In this document: piece after piece, positions 34,176 through 34,768 of the stretch
How the letters are laid out: every line of letters starts with the position of its first letter
How positions within the stretch are numbered: position 1 is the first letter of the stretch
Source of the DNA: Jimgerdemannia flammicorona
Lineage: Eukaryota
Length of the DNA stretch: 34,768 nucleotides
Assembly (NCBI GenBank): GCA_003990765.1
Contig: RBNJ01000268.1
Span: forward strand, 1-34,768
Direction of reading: 5' to 3'
Program-made: the position numbers and the translations under genes
Notes under the pieces: model-generated
Seen by the model: the letters and a program-made list of their open reading frames with translations, nothing else
What the model was told of the DNA's origin: nothing
Database searches by the model: none

Positions 34176-34768
34176 ATGAGACCAATCTGAGTTGATTCAA
34201 ATCTATCATATGACAAACCTGAATCAAATCTCATCTGGATCAACTCTATTTGTTTGGAGTACTAATCTGATCTCTACAGATAAATATAGAGATATGTTCT
34301 TTTTGGCAAAATATTTACCTTATAGACTAATCATCAAGCTCTTTGATATATCTAGATACAGCCAATTCTCATAGAAAGACAGATCTGATAAATGTAGATC
34401 TTTATACTATTTGATGTCAAAATCAAGCTTATTGCTAGAACTAAGAATAAAGTAGACAATATACTCTCTCAAAGTACTCAGAAAGATGATCTTATTACAA
34501 TTAGTAATATTGTTACCAGCCTATTCAAAGAAGTCAAGAAGGAGTATATTAAAGATATTAATATATAAGAAATTTTCAAAAAAATTCTCAAAGAAGACAG
34601 TAATATTACAAAAAAGATCTATAAGAATATATCTATCCAAAATAGATATATATACCTTAATAATATAAGAATATTGATTCTAGATACTCTTATCTATTTA
34701 TGAATCCTATAAGAACTATATAATATATCTATAACTAGATATATAGGTTTTAACAAGATATACTAACA

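Noticed and set aside
1..34768. tRNA/rRNA genes and target-site duplications for the LTR elements
   Set aside because: No RNA gene structure was recognised; the PBSs are only short tRNA complements. Matching flanks are missing because the element ends are truncated.

Overview
Eukaryotic fungal genomic DNA, probably from an early-diverging Mucoromycota-type fungus (inferred from the Atg29/Spt20 sequence style and intron structure). A CpG-rich gene island (~3.4-13 kb) holds three intron-containing genes: ATG29 (-, 8 exons), an F-box gene (-) and SPT20 (+). Both flanks are CpG-depleted, decayed transposon DNA. On the left is a Ty3/gypsy relic (family A) whose LTR forms a ~1 kb palindrome. On the right are a solo LTR, a foldback/MITE-like element and a ~19 kb nest of at least five pieces of one chromovirus family (family B). 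Family B has a single gag-pol frame ordered Gag-zinc knuckle-dUTPase-CPHG module-protease-RT-RNase H-integrase-chromodomain, a tRNA-iMet PBS and 1.5-2.1 kb LTRs. The main observations are: family B LTRs carry two alternative U3 segments, one with a clear protein-coding relic; Gag is preceded by an in-frame, AUG-free extension of ~319 codons; repeats show CpA>TpA (RIP-like) as well as CpG hypermutation; and the youngest copy is a non-autonomous Gag-dUTPase-PR derivative. All alignments were done by eye, so counts are approximate.
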